Origin: Takakia lepidozioides | Taxonomy: Eukaryota > Plantae > Bryophyta | DNA length: 64,000 nucleotides | Reading direction: 5' to 3' | NCBI GenBank assembly: GCA_030704615.1 | Contig: CM060731.1 | Span: 11,780,001 to 11,844,000, forward strand | Part shown: in pieces, positions 38,101 through 50,350 of the stretch | Numbering within the stretch: the first letter of the stretch is position 1 | Layout of the letters: each line of letters opens with the position of its first letter | Program-made: the position numbers and the translations under genes | The notes under the pieces: model-generated | The model's input: the letters and a program-made list of their open reading frames with translations, nothing else | Told to the model about the DNA's origin: nothing | The model's database searches: none

Positions 38101-38767
38101 CATTACCGTCGACGTCGGCGGGAAGGCATGTAACCGATTTAATTGCGAACTTGCTGTAGTCCAGCCCGGCCAGCTCCGACCGGTGTCCCTCCAGGTGAAG
38201 CCCTCGCAGAATTTCTAGAATAGATCGAACTGCGGTGCTCGTGCTGGGAATATGACTCCCTCCTCCACTGACGTCCATTGAGGACTTGCCTGATCTCCAG
38301 GACGACCTCGGAACTTCCATGACCTCGTCTGAGTCGGACAGGTTGTGAACAACCCGGTTCTCGGTCGTCTTCATGGATGGGTTCGGCTCTGGATTTACTT
38401 CGTTGCGGACTTCTCTCTTTGAGGTACCCACTCTCTGATTCGCGGATTGTTTCGTGGAAGGCGCCAGGATAGACGGTGCATTTGGCGGGCAAATGAAGTC
38501 CCCAACAGCCCTGTATATGACGCTGTCCGATGGTGGAACTCGCCATTCCCTGCCATCGCCGAAATCATCGTGGAGCACAACAATACTCTCGACAACAAGG
38601 CCGTTTGAGTCCTTCCTTTCCTCCTCCAAAAAAACCGACCCCGGTTTCAGGTGGTATCGAACGCACAGATATTTCTCCATCACCCGGCAGGTGTCCCCTC
38701 TGCACGGAAATGAAGCTCTATGCTCGTGAGGAGGGCAGTACACTGTAGCGCTCGGGTTTTCCGCCAT
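35175..38767 (-). CDS. Intact Mutator-family transposase (about 1170 aa; GCM-like Zn domain, MULE DDE, SWIM), two exons
   Basis: Exon 38767-36680 contains a Cys/His-rich region (CAGALRC..C..CAHC..C..C..HVGSHCH), VMFD, FMADNAQANWAAIRRVY and the CxxH motif CGFH. An in-frame GT-AG intron spans 36679-36594. Exon 36593-35175 contains TTNMAESVH (catalytic E) and SWIM CNCTDF..CKH. No stops. Confidence 0.88.
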
Positions 38768-39059
38768 GGGAGATGTGCACACAAGACTGCCAGGATGGCG
38801 TGCGGGGAAGCTCCCTGGTAGAAGGGGGTGCAGCGATGGGAATGAATGCGATGCCGATTTGTCCGAGCGACGAAGCCTGATCCAAATCCAGGGAGCCAAC
38901 TATCTCAAAAATCCACAGTCAGAGTGTTAATGAACCTTGTCTCCGGAATGCGGCCCCTCGTCTTTGCGCAATAACTGCCAACGGTATGCAGTCAGAAAGT
39001 GGGGGGCCGTCCGGATGATGACGGCTGAAGGGGATAAGCCGGCACCGTGCCGTCACATT

Positions 39060-42000
39060 ACTACCCCCGAATGGAAATTCGGCACCCAACATCCAACAGA
39101 GGAAGCCCGGATGAAGTCGCCTCGGGCGCAGAGGCCGGAGTGTGTGCGACAGATAACATCTTCTGGATGGAGATTCGGCGCCGAATTTCCATCCGGTCCC
39201 CCAAAGGGAGTCGTGTCGGGGGGTCAGGCCGAAAACTGGACGGCATAAAAACATCCCCAGATGGAAAAACGGCGCCGAATTTCCATCCGGGGCGATTCGG
39301 ATGCAGTCGGGGAGGGGGGAGTGGCCTGCAGTTGGCTGTCACATTTCAACCCCCGGACGGAAATTCGGCAACGAATATCGAACAGGGGACGCCCGGATGA
39401 AGTCGCCTGGGGCACAGAGGCCGGCCAGTGTGCGACAGAGAACATCCCCTGGACGGCCATTCGGCGCCGAATTTCCATCCGGGCCCCCCCAAAGGAAGTG
39501 TTGTCGGCGTGTCAGAGCGAAAACTGGCCGACATAAAAACCTCCACAGATGAGAAAACGGCGCCGAATTTCAATTCGGGGCCGTTCCAATGAAGTCGGGG
39601 AGGGGGGAGAGGTCGGAACCTGGCAGTCATATTTCAACCCCCGGGACGGAAATTCGGCACCGAATATCCAACAGAGCGGCGGAGAGGCGGCACCTCTCCG
39701 ACAGAGACCATCCCCCGGATGGAGATTCGGCGCCGAATTTCCATCCAGCAGGTAAGTGGAATCTCGGATGGATGGAGATTCGGCGCCGAATTTCCATAAG
39801 TTCGGCCATATGGATATTCGGCGCCGAATTTCCATCCTGCAGGTAATTCGAATCGTGGATGAATGGAATTCGGCGCCGAATTTCCATCCAGCAGGTAAGT
39901 CGGATCGGTGCCATATGGATATTCGGCGCCGAATTTCCATCCTGCAGGTAATTCGAATCGTGGATGAATGGAAATTCGGCGCCGAATTTCCATCCAGCAG
40001 GTAAGTCGGATCGGTGCCATATGGATATTCGGCGCCGAATTTCCATCCTGCAGGTAATTCGAATCGTGGATGAATGGAATTCGGCGCCGAATTTCCATCC
40101 AGCAGGTAATTCGGATCGGTGCCATAATGGAATTCGGCGCCGAATTTCCATCCTGCAGGTAATTCGAATCGGTGCCATATGGAATTCGGCGCCGAATTTC
40201 CATCCAGCAGGTAAGTCGAATCGTGGATGAATGGAATTCGGCGCCGAATTTCCATCCTGCAGGTAATTCGAATCGGTGCCATATGGAAATTCGGCGCCGA
40301 ATTTCCATCCAGCAGGTAAGTCGGATCGGTGCCATATGGATATTCGGCGCCGAATTTCCATCCAGCAGGTAATCGATCGGATGAATGGATAATTCGGCGC
40401 CGAATTTCCATCCAGCAGGTAAGTCGGATCGGTGCCATATGGATATTCGGCGCCGAATTTCCATCCTGCAGGTAATTCGAATCGTGGATGAATGGAAATT
40501 CGGCGCCGAATTTCCATCCAGCAGGTAAGTCGGATCAGTGCCGTATGGATATTCGGCGCCGGATTTCCACTCGCCATTTATTTCTGAGCGAGGAATTACC
40601 TTCGTGCAGGTAATTCCCATATAAGAATTACCTTCGTGCAGGTAATTCGCATACAAGAATTACCTTTGTGCAGGTAATTTCCAGATGACAATTACCTTCC
40701 TGCAGGTAATTCCAATCGATGTTTATTCCTCGTCCAGAATTACCTGCACAAAGGTAATTCTCATCTGGAAATTACCTGCATGAAGGTAATTCTTGTATGT
40801 GAATTACCTGCACGAAGGTAATTCTTATATGGGAATTACCTGCACGGAGGTAATTCCTCGCTCAGAAATAAATGGCGAATCGAAATTCGGCGCCGAATAT
40901 CCATATGGCACCGATCCGACTTACCTGCAGGATGGAAATTCGGCGCCGAATTACCTGCTTGAAGGAAATTTGGCGAACCGCCCTACCTGCGCGGATGGAA
41001 ATTCGGCGCCGGATTTCCATCCGCGCGCATCCGAATTACCTGCTTGAAGGAAATTTGGCGCACCGCCATCCTACGCGGATGGAAATTCGGCGCCGGATTT
41101 CCATCCGCGCGCATCCGAATTACCTGCGCGGATGGAAATTCGGCGCCGGATTTCCATCCGCGCGCATCCGAATTACCTGCTTGAAGGAAATTTGGCGCAC
41201 CGCCCTACCTGCCTGCGGATGGAAATTCGGCGCCGGATTTCCATCCGGGCGCATCCGAATTACCTGCGCGGATGGAAATTCGGCGCCGGATTTCCATCCG
41301 CGCGCATCCGAATTACCTGCTTGAAGGAAATTTGGCGCACCGCCCTACCTGCGCGGATGGAAATTCGGCGCCGGATTTCCATCCGGGCGCATCCGAATTA
41401 CCTGCGCGGATGGAAATTCGGCGCCGGATTTCCATCCGCGCGCATCCGAATTACCTGCTTGAAGGAAATTTGGCGCACCGCCCTACCTGCGCGGATGGAA
41501 ATTCGGCGCCGGATTTCCATCCGCGCGCATCCGAATTACCTGCTTGAAGGAAATTTGGCGCACCGCCCTACCTGCGCGGATGGAAATTCGGCGCCGGATT
41601 TCCATCCGCGCGCATCCGAATTACCTGCTTGAAGGAAATTTGGCGCACCGCCCTACCTGCGCGGATGGAAATTCGGCGCCGGATTTCCATCCGGGCGCAT
41701 CCGAATTACCTGCGCGGATGGAAATTCGGCGCCGGATTTCCATCCGCGCGCATCCGAATTACCTGCTTGAAGGAAATTTGGCGCACCGCCATCCTACGCG
41801 GATGGAAATTCGGCGCCGGATTTCCATCCGCGCGCATCCGAATTACCTGCGCGGATGGAAATTCGGCGCCGGATTTCCATCCGCGCGCATCCGAATTACC
41901 TGCTTGAAGGAAATTTGGCGAACCGCCCTACCTGCGCGGATGGAAATTCGGCGCCGGATTTCCATCCGCGCGCTTCCGAATTACCTGCGTGAGGGAAATT
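39060..42000. repeat. Central array of dozens of GAAATTCGGCGCCGAATTTC-type palindromes between the divergent genes
   Basis: Units of roughly 45-50 bp at 39720-40560, and units of roughly 45/85 bp with the variant AATTCGGCGCCGGATTT at 40960-41990. Confidence 0.95.
40495..40955. repeat. Long inverted repeat (arms about 215 bp, loop about 25 bp) containing nested AATTACCT-N4-AGGTAATT-like mini-hairpins
   Basis: tcgccatttatttctgagcgaggaattacc (about 40571) is mirrored by ggtaattcctcgctcagaaataaatggcga (about 40849). The centre is near 40725. Confidence 0.92.
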
Positions 42001-42589
42001 CCGGGACTGTTTTCGTCTATTTTCTTCCGACATGGAGGGCTTCATCCGACATTTAATTGCGCAGTTGGGCAATAAATGTCGACGGCCGTCGCTTATTATT
42101 CGGGCTGGCGACGCATGGCTTCCTGGACACGTACCCTAAATCTCATGCTATACTTGGCTTAACATGGTATTCCAGGCATGTACCCCAAAAAAGGAGATCT
42201 TTTTGGCTGGGACTTATGCCGCCTGAAGGGCGTGGCTCTCCTGAGAGAGACCTCAGATCCAGACCGCGGCGGAAGTTGAAAGCTCTGTACTACGGACGAC
42301 GGCCAATCTCTCGCATGGCCAAACTGAAGCTCCAGCAGGAGATTCCAGTGTCTTGCTCACAACCTGCGCCAACTGAAGCCGAGTACTCTCAGGCAAGCCA
42401 CTTCTGCTTTCGGTTTGTTCGATTTCTTTTTTGCTTTCGCTTCGTTACCTCGCTTTGTTTCTGCATCTTCATCCTGGCTTTGCTTTATGAGTGAACTTTA
42501 GATAGTTGACTGAACCTTAGATTGTTTGCAATGCGTGTGCAAATCCGGCAGCTCTGGAGAAGGCTGCTTGTGCATGTCATTCTTAGGCA

Positions 42590-45500
42590 ATGGTTGCATT
42601 TGTTTTCATTGTTGTTGCATGGCTCTCCATACTTCCTAAACTTGTTATGTTTTCATTTTTGCTACATGATTGCTGCTATGGTGGTTGCGCTGCTGCTTTT
42701 TGCACCACTGTTGGTGTTCACGATTTTTGTCAATCACAGAGTGACGACGAGCCCGGCACGCTGGTGGTATCATCGACAGCTCCAACTCATCGCATGTTTG
42801 AATCGCCCAACTTGGGGCGAGAGGGCAAACTTAAATCTTTTGTTGGTGGACGGGAGGACTTGCAACGAGATTACGATAGAGTAGGCATTGGGGAGGTTGG
42901 TGCAGGCGGCATGGCAGGTGAAGGGCGTGAGGACATGAGGACAGCAGATCCGGCAATGGAGGTTGTTCATGCACATGCAGTAGGGCCCGCCCACGCAAAG
43001 AAAAAGAAGAAAGCTAAGCACATGCAATCCCCGGCGAGAGAGCAGTCACGGGCTGCGGAGGGGGGAGTGAGCAGTGCGCGCGAGGGTGTCAGTTCGCCTC
43101 AATCAAAGGTGGTCGTCCTGGAGGGCTCCCCTGTTGCTAGCCCTAGTAAGAAACAGAAAGCCCGTGAGAGGGCAAAAGAGAGGGCAAAAGAACAGACGAG
43201 ACAGAATGCTAGCAAGGAGGAAAGACAAAAGGCAGCTGAAGAGGCCCGGGGTGCCCAAATGACAGATGCCAATGTAAGCGAGGGACACACAGAGACGGTG
43301 GATCCCTACAAGACACCACAGAGAGGCAGTAGCACACCGGTTAGACCATCGCGGGCAAGTGCAGCCCCCGCAATTACCCATACGGTGGAGAGTGGAGGAG
43401 AGGAAAGAACACCTGAAAGAGCACCGATTGTGCAAGTTCGAGGTGAAGCCAGGGAGAGGGCAGTAGAGACGACGAGAGTGCTGGAGGTGGTTTCGCAGGT
43501 GGCTGACCCTGTTGAGGAGGACGACATGGATGTTTCTGACCAGGATGACATTCTCCCGGACATCCCCAGGCCCCAAACCCGGAGCATACAGGCTGGATTT
43601 GGCGGTCTTGGTGGGCTGCCGGAAAACCCCTCTGCAGCAGACGTCATGTCTGAGGCGGATATGAAGTTGGCCGCTGCCAAGATGTTGGAGGCAACCCACA
43701 GCAACATTGGCAGGGTGCTGGGGGGCATGGTGTACCCGGCCAAGCTTCGAATTCCCCTTTGCCGCTTGGTGTCATTGCAGGTGGTGAGACCTGCCCTCCC
43801 AGGCGATATCGACAAGCTGAAATTCTCTTTCCGGGATGGATATCGAATGGGGTCTGCCGCCTTTTACGTTTCCATTGAGAACGACCACGGAGCTTCCCGT
43901 GCCCACACTTCCGATGAGGTGGACAAATGGGGTCCCCATTGGCAAACGCGAAATGAGGAGTTCGAGAGATCGATTGCTAGTGATCCTCTTTTCCAGCACA
44001 TGTCCGGTAAGATGTTCTACGTGTGGGACGGCAATCATCGCCTCCTGGCATGGATGGAGCACATTGCCCAAGCCCACCCCAACGATCTCGATTGGCATTT
44101 CGCCGTCGATTGTGTTGTGCTGAAGGTTGCGGGGCCCAAAGATCGCAGTCTTCTCAAAGCTGCAATGGCCGACATCAACTCGTAAGCTACAACCCCTCTC
44201 GCTTTTGGACTTTGAATTTGGAAGTCATTTCATTGCGAATCCTCATATATGATGAAAATTCCCATTTCAGTATTGTTTGATGGAAATGTGGCACTGCAGG
44301 GTGACTGAGAATGCCTTCATTGCCACCAACTTGTCCCATATGCTCTTCCGAGTGAAGGATGTCGGGAGGCAGGGGGTGGAAGAGTTTGCCAATTCCCTCA
44401 GTGCCGACCTCCTGCGCAAGTCGGAGGCAAAGGCAGACAGAACCTGGTATAGGCTGAGCGTCGACGCCATGGTGGACTACATATTTCGGGTAAAGCTCCT
44501 GCAGTTTTGTTGAGCTAATTTGTCTCTCCTCCCCCAATAGAAGAAATTGTGTTGAGCAGGATCTCTAATCTTATGTGCTGCTTTTCGACAGACGAAAATA
44601 CAGCAGGATTTGGCACATGCGCGGAGGTTCTACATGGAGTCAGAGGAGAAGAATCCAACCCTCCCGGAACTCGAATCGTATGTCAAAGCTGCGGAGGTGA
44701 GGGCCCGCATAAAGTACAAGTCGCGGATGGTAAAGTACGTGGCCATAGCTGATCCCGCCCTTGGTGCCGACTTTCTGGTGGAGGTGGGAAAGCACTACTC
44801 TCGCGCTCTGAAGCCCACGATGACATTGGAGAAGCTCCATCGTCTAGCCACATCCTGTGTGGATGCAACAGAAAAGGTGATACATTCTTAACCAAATTGT
44901 GGTGGCAACAACTCCTTTTTGTGGTGTTTGGCGCTTACGAATATGCTGGGTGGTTGGACAGACCCGGTGGCTCCAAATCTGGAATGGTTCCCAAAGTACC
45001 AGGGACATGTGGAGCTTCCCCAAACCGGACAAACTCTCTGACCCCACATTCGACATGTGGATGAACCGCATGACATGGTGGTTTCAGGTACTTCCCCACG
45101 CTTCGTTTGGGGCTTGTACTCTAGTAGGGGGTTGATTCATTGTATTTTTTGAGGAAAGCGATCTGATGGACAATCTCCACAGGTGACGACGAATGCGCAA
45201 GAGCAGCTGGACACACAAGCACATCAGTTCAAGATGGAGATATCTCCTGCAGCAGAGAGCCTGCGTGACTATGTGACGAGGTACTTTCTGCTCTACAAAA
45301 CCAACCTATTCTTTCGGGAGATAGCAGATGCTCGCCGGAGCCACGAGTTCACCGACCAGCCGAACGCGGACAAAGCAGCAATGCGCCTTCTGTACAGGTA
45401 CATACGCGCTGCCTTTCTTTCAAGTCCTGGCATTTCAGGATGTTAGAGGCCTAAGTGGTGTTAGGGAAAATGGCGCCGAATTTCCAGTCAGGGCTCCGAA

Positions 45501-48500
45501 AATGGCAAAGTCCCTAGACTGGCTGGCCCGGAACTGGAAATTCGGCGCCATTTTCCAGTTCCAGGCCCTATTGCCGTTCAGGGACTTAGCCATTTTCGGG
45601 CTAAGTCCCTAGTGTGGCTGGCCCGGAACTGGAAATTCGGCGCCGTTTTCCAGTTCTAGGCCCTATTGCCGTCCAGGGACTTAGCCATTTTCGGGCTAAG
45701 TCCCTAGACTGGCTGGCCATGAAGTGGAAATTCGGCGCCATATTCCAGTTCCAGGCCCTATTGCCGTCCAGGGACTTAGCCATTTTCGGTCTAAGTCCCT
45801 AGGGTGGCTGGCCCGGAACTGGAAATTCGGCGCCGTATTCCAGTTCTAGGCCCTATTGCCGTCCAGGGACTTAGCCATTTTCGGGCTAAGTCCCTAGACT
45901 GGCTGGCCCTGAAGTGGAAATTCGGCGCCATATTCCAGTTCCAGGCCCTATTGCCGTCCAGGGACTTAGCCATTTTCGGTCTAAGTCCCTAGGGTGGCTG
46001 GCCCGGAACTGGAAATTCGGCGCCGTATTCCAGTTCTAGGCCCTATTGCCGTCCAGGGACTTAGCCATTTTTTGTGTAAGTCCCTAGGGTGGCTGGCCCG
46101 GAACTGGAAATTCGGCGCCGTTTTCCAGTTCCAGGCCGTATTGCCGTCCAGGGACTTAGCCATTTTCGGGCTAAGTCCCTACACTGGGTGGCCCTGAAGT
46201 GGAAATTCGGCGCCATATTCCAGTTGTAGGCCCTATTGCCGTTCAGGGAGTTAGCCATTTTCGGACCTCATTGGGTTTTTCATGAATGCAGGTACTGTAA
46301 GTTCTCGCTTTTGGAGAAAGGTCATCTGTCTTTCGAGCCACCATTCTTCCTGGCATGGAGGAACCCTGGGGCTGACTCCATGTACACTGACGATATTGTG
46401 AAGGAGTGGCATCTGGAACATTTGCGTGATTGCCCTTGGTATGTGGACCTTCCGCCCGGCTCGCTCGACCCATCCGAGTTTCAATTGAAGCTGGATGCTG
46501 AATTCCGACGAAACCGGGCTCCGCTGCCTCCGTTGGGTGCAAAAGAGGCAAAAGCGCTTGCGAACTCCAGGAAAGCGGCAGAGCTTGCTCAGGCAGGAAT
46601 TCAAGAGAAATTGCATGAGAAGAGTAAAGGTCAAAGGAAAAGGACAAGGAAACAGGTGACTGCAGTAACACCCAAAAAGAAGAAAACCATCGGGGCATCG
46701 GAGGAGGCGCAGGAGGGGACCCAAGAGAGTGACTCCGACGCCGATTTTGTTCAAGGTCCTGCGACTGCTGTTGCTCCTACCCAGTCACCGGTCGTCCGGG
46801 TTCCCAAGTCAGTTCGGAGTGGGACTGGCTCTGCCAAGAAGTTGGCATTTGAGGGCGAGCCTACACGGCGGTATTCGGCGGTGACGTTTACGCACAGGCC
46901 AAAGCTAGAACCTCCAACCATCATCCAATGCGTCAATGAGAGCTTCCTTGACGCTCTCGCTGCCAGGGCGAAGAAGGTGGCACACAACAAGTCTCTGGCG
47001 GAGCAGAAGGGAAAAGCCAAGAAGAGGGCTGCCGGTACAGAGCCTAAAGACACCCCTGGTTTTGAAGCCATGATGGAATTCTTCACGGCTGTGAGCACGA
47101 ATTGCAAGAGCACTCGGGGGGGGTTGAGGTGGAGAGAGCTTGCGACATGATTCTCCTCGACATTCCAGATGGGGAGCTGCTGGAGGGCCTGGATGGTGTG
47201 CCCACCTGGAACAGGTTTACTGAGGACTACTGGAAAGCCGGGTTTGGGCTGGCGGGGATGCTTCTGGATGACGGTGGATGTGTGGTTGTCCTTGCCACGA
47301 GAGGGAAGACCACAGAGAATGCGGTGGCAAGGTGGACACCGAAAAGTGTCACCCCGGTCCTCCTCAGAAAATGGTTCTGCATCAGTACGCAGGGGTTGCG
47401 AACAGAGGGCCAAAGTGTAAGTTATCAATCTATTGCATTCACTTCATATTGTGGTGTATGTTAAGTAGACCCTGGAATTGATCCCTTCTTTGTTGGATGT
47501 GCAGACATTGGTGTTTGAGGCATATTGCTTTGTGAAGAGAGGGTCTACGTTCAAATTCCGCAACGACGGTCGTCTTGTTGATGCCGCTGTGGACCCTGTA
47601 ACCTACGATGTCCTCTACAACTATGTGCCCCACTCTAGTATGCCGAAGGACACAAAGACAGGCAAACCGTGGCGGTACAGCCGGACCCGAAGCCCTGCTT
47701 TCATCCAAACCCTCATGGAGACGTGCTCGGATGTCCAAGGGCGGATTCTGGACCTCACATGCGGCACGGGTAAGCCTTCACGTGCTCAGTTTGTCCCCTG
47801 GCCCCATTGCAATTGCATGCCGCAAGCTATTAACCGCCCGCTTTGTTCCTCAGGTGCTTCAATGTGGGCAGGGACGTTGTCCGACAGGCATGTGTTCGCC
47901 TTCGAGCCAGATACTGCCCTCCACAACTCGGAACTTGCAGCGGCTGAACGTCTGCCGAAAGAGGAAGAGGCATCCTCGGAGGATGAGGAAAAATCCGAGA
48001 AGGAGCAGGGGGAGGAAGTTGGGATCGAGGCCGAGGAGCCCCCGGTTTACGAGTGAGTGGTGGCATTGTAAGTTGCCTCCAGATTTTGTGAGGCACCTCC
48101 CTCCGCTCTCTTATTTCATTGAAAACCCTTTCTGGTTGTGCTGGTATTGACATTCTTCAAGTGGATTTGTTCTTACTGTAGGATGCCAAGTACTGCCGGA
48201 GGGACGTCTACACCGGAGTTCATGGGCAGGAGGAACGTGCCTTTTTTTGCCAGGGGAGATTTCATGCCTAGTCCAGAAAGGGAGTACATCCTGCCTACTT
48301 ATGCTGCCCGGCTTGCTTCGGTGTCCATTAGGAGGTGTTCCGAACGTAGTCGTGTACAGCAGATTTTAGACGAGGCAAGCCTCAAGAAAATGAAGATGAG
48401 GGAGGAGGCAGCAGCTATTAGAGCCCGTCGGGCTCGTAGATTTGTGTTGGATTCTGCTGAGGAAAGTGGGGGAGAAGACGCAGAAGATTCCCAGGAGGTG

Positions 48501-48641
48501 AGGTGGACAGTCCCCCAAGGAGAGGACGGGATTTTTGAGAGGCATAGTGGAACTGATGCATCACAGAGCTCGGAGGATGAGGGGGATGAGGGGGATGAGG
48601 AAGAAGGTGGGGCAAGTTCCTCGGAGGGTGTAGGAGAGTAG
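42590..48641 (+). CDS. Multi-exon cargo gene: ParB/Srx-like domain, helical region, beta-class N4C/N6A DNA methyltransferase fold and acidic tail
   Basis: Inferred exons: ..44181, 44300-44489, 44592-44876, 44962-45087, 45183-45397, 46292-47416, 47505-47769, 47854-48052, 48182-48641. All are GT-AG and phase-compatible. Motifs: FYVWDGNHRLLAW; CDMILLDIPDG; LLDDGGCVVV; RSPAFIQTLMETCSDVQGRILDLTCGTGASMWAGTLSDRHVFAFEPD. The only lesion seen is a G8 run at 47116-47123 (G9 is in frame). The start codon is uncertain. Confidence 0.78.
45460..46265. repeat. Intronic tandem repeat (about 95/190-bp units) with GAAATTCGGCGCC and GGGACTTAGCC..CTAAGTCCC motifs
   Basis: The 190-bp period shows in ORFs at 45614, 45804 and 45994. 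Confidence 0.92.
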
Positions 48642-49399
48642 TGCCCATTCCGGCTATGACAGTTAGAACACACTTGTATAGACGTGGCTTGCCACAAAAT
48701 TTGCAATAAAATGTTGCATTTTAAGTCCACTGGTGCCACATTCCAACTTCACATGACCCTATTTCCGTGCCTCCTAACCCTATTTCCGTGGACTCACAAT
48801 GGTCTGCTCATGCTTTTTTTTTTTCCGCTCATGCTCATGCCGCTCATGCTCATGCCGCTCATGAAATAGCAGCCCCCATCCTACGGACGGCTCAGTCATG
48901 AGAGCTAAAGCCATTGTTACGGACGCAATGTCCTATGATGTGTTTATTGGTGGGGCGGTGTTATACCCCATGGGATTCACTCTGGACTTTTGGGAGGAAA
49001 TGACATCCTACAGGTCGGAATGGTAGTCAGGAGATGACCGACGTGCAATGCTCCCAGTGCGGTTTATTGGGAATGTAGCGGTGGATCATAGGAACATGAT
49101 GCCCACATTGGCTGCATTCTCTGGGGTGGTGGCTAGGGGTGGTGAGCTCTTGGAGGGCAATAGCCATGCAAATGATAGGCCATCACCTGATGATGACAAA
49201 GAATTGGCATACAAGGCTGATTTGCTTCCTCATGTGCCTGTGCATATTCCACTGTGGGGTATGGTTGAGAATTTGCATCGAGTAGCAGGCGAGTGTGTGC
49301 ACCAAGCATGGCAAGAGGCCTTTCCATTGGTGAGTGAGGGGAGTTCAGGGACATCACCTGGACCTCCTGAGTTAGCTCCTTTGGACACAGTGCCCATTA

Positions 49400-50350
49400 C
49401 CTGGCAACCACATGACTCAGGGATTTGTTTGCTAGACAAGGACTTTTGATACCCTTGAATTGCTGAGAGAGGCAATAACTTAGAATACTGGTGTGTGAGC
49501 AAGGCAATGTGGCGCATAGAAATACACCGAGCTATCTCATCCTTCTCCACATACAAGTACTTGCGTACTTTAATCCCTGCTTGCAATACTCCTGCAAGCC
49601 CAGTGCAGACATTACCTTGCTTGGGGCGGATGATTTGGACCGGCATGGTTCCATTGACTTGGTGATAGTTGGATGGCCTTGCCAAGGACACTCTCCCGCA
49701 GGTCATGGGAATGGCTTGCATGATGCACGATCGCATTTATTTTGGGAGATGTTGCGAGTGTTGCGGGACTTGCAGACGAGGCAAGTGCAACCTCTAGGCT
49801 ACATCTTGGAAAATGTTCATCTTATGGGGGATTCTCGGGCCAGGGTTATGGCCAGTGTGCATCAGGTGCGGTCTTGGATTGGATCGGCGGTGCTATTGGA
49901 TGCAGCAGCGGTGGGATCACGCGCAAATCGACCTCGATTGTGGTGGACCAATCTTGCACCACCATAGCTACTCAAGAGAGCATATGATTCCATTCAACGG
50001 CCACCCAATCTCACGGTTGAAGCCTACTTTGGACCAAGGGAGGCAACCACAGAGGGTGCGACATGATGACTGTCCACCTCTAGTAGTGGTCAATCGAGTG
50101 GGGGGGCCACGTGCAGCCTTGCCTACACTCATGAGCTTTCCCTCATCTCATGCTTTCCGAGACAATGGTCTTGGGTTGATTTGGGACAGTGTGCTACAGC
50201 AATTGGTGGAGCCCAATGCAGATGAGCGAGAGCGGGCAATGGGATTTGCCACCGGCACTACAAATGTGTCAGTTCTGTCAGAGGCATCACGCCGCCAAGT
50301 GCTGGGTCAAGCAATGGATCTAAATTGCTTGACATGGGTCATTGGCTTGT
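49400..50350 (+). pseudogene. C5-cytosine DNA methyltransferase domain within the retrotransposon pol
   Basis: Motif IV IDLVIVGWPCQGHS, motif VI YILENV, motif VIII ANRPRLWW and motif X RQVLGQAMD. The motif I-III region is inverted (about 49436-49607), and there is a stop/frameshift near 49965. Confidence 0.9.

Larger units (their letters stand above)
34405..48877. mobile_element. Complete Mutator-like DNA transposon copy B (14.5 kb)
   Basis: Short imperfect TIRs GAGGTTTGCTATTTCATGAGC / GCTCATGAAATAGCAGCCCCC, followed by CATGAGCGG repeats. TSD atcctacg at 34397-34404 and 48878-48885 (8 bp, or 9-10 bp allowing boundary ambiguity). Confidence 0.95.

Noticed and set aside
35175-38767. Zisupton/KDZ or hAT assignment based on the 8-bp TSD and SWIM
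   Set aside because: The D..D-CxxH..E motif contexts are MULE-like, and the two related insertions have 9-bp TSDs.
39720-41990. CRISPR-like array of palindromic repeats
   Set aside because: The intervening sequences are themselves repeated rather than unique spacers, there are no cas genes, and the array lies inside a eukaryotic transposon.
39512-42056. Long ORFs (MEIRRRISI / WKFGAEF / GNSAPNF repeats), also at 7.7-8.5, 34.5-35.2 and 45.3-46.3 kb
   Set aside because: They are translations of stop-poor palindromic repeats, open in several frames on both strands.
42590-48641. Prophage or bacterial contamination as the source of the ParB-MTase
   Set aside because: The gene has eight phase-compatible GT-AG introns and sits inside a TSD-bounded element nested in plant-type retrotransposons.
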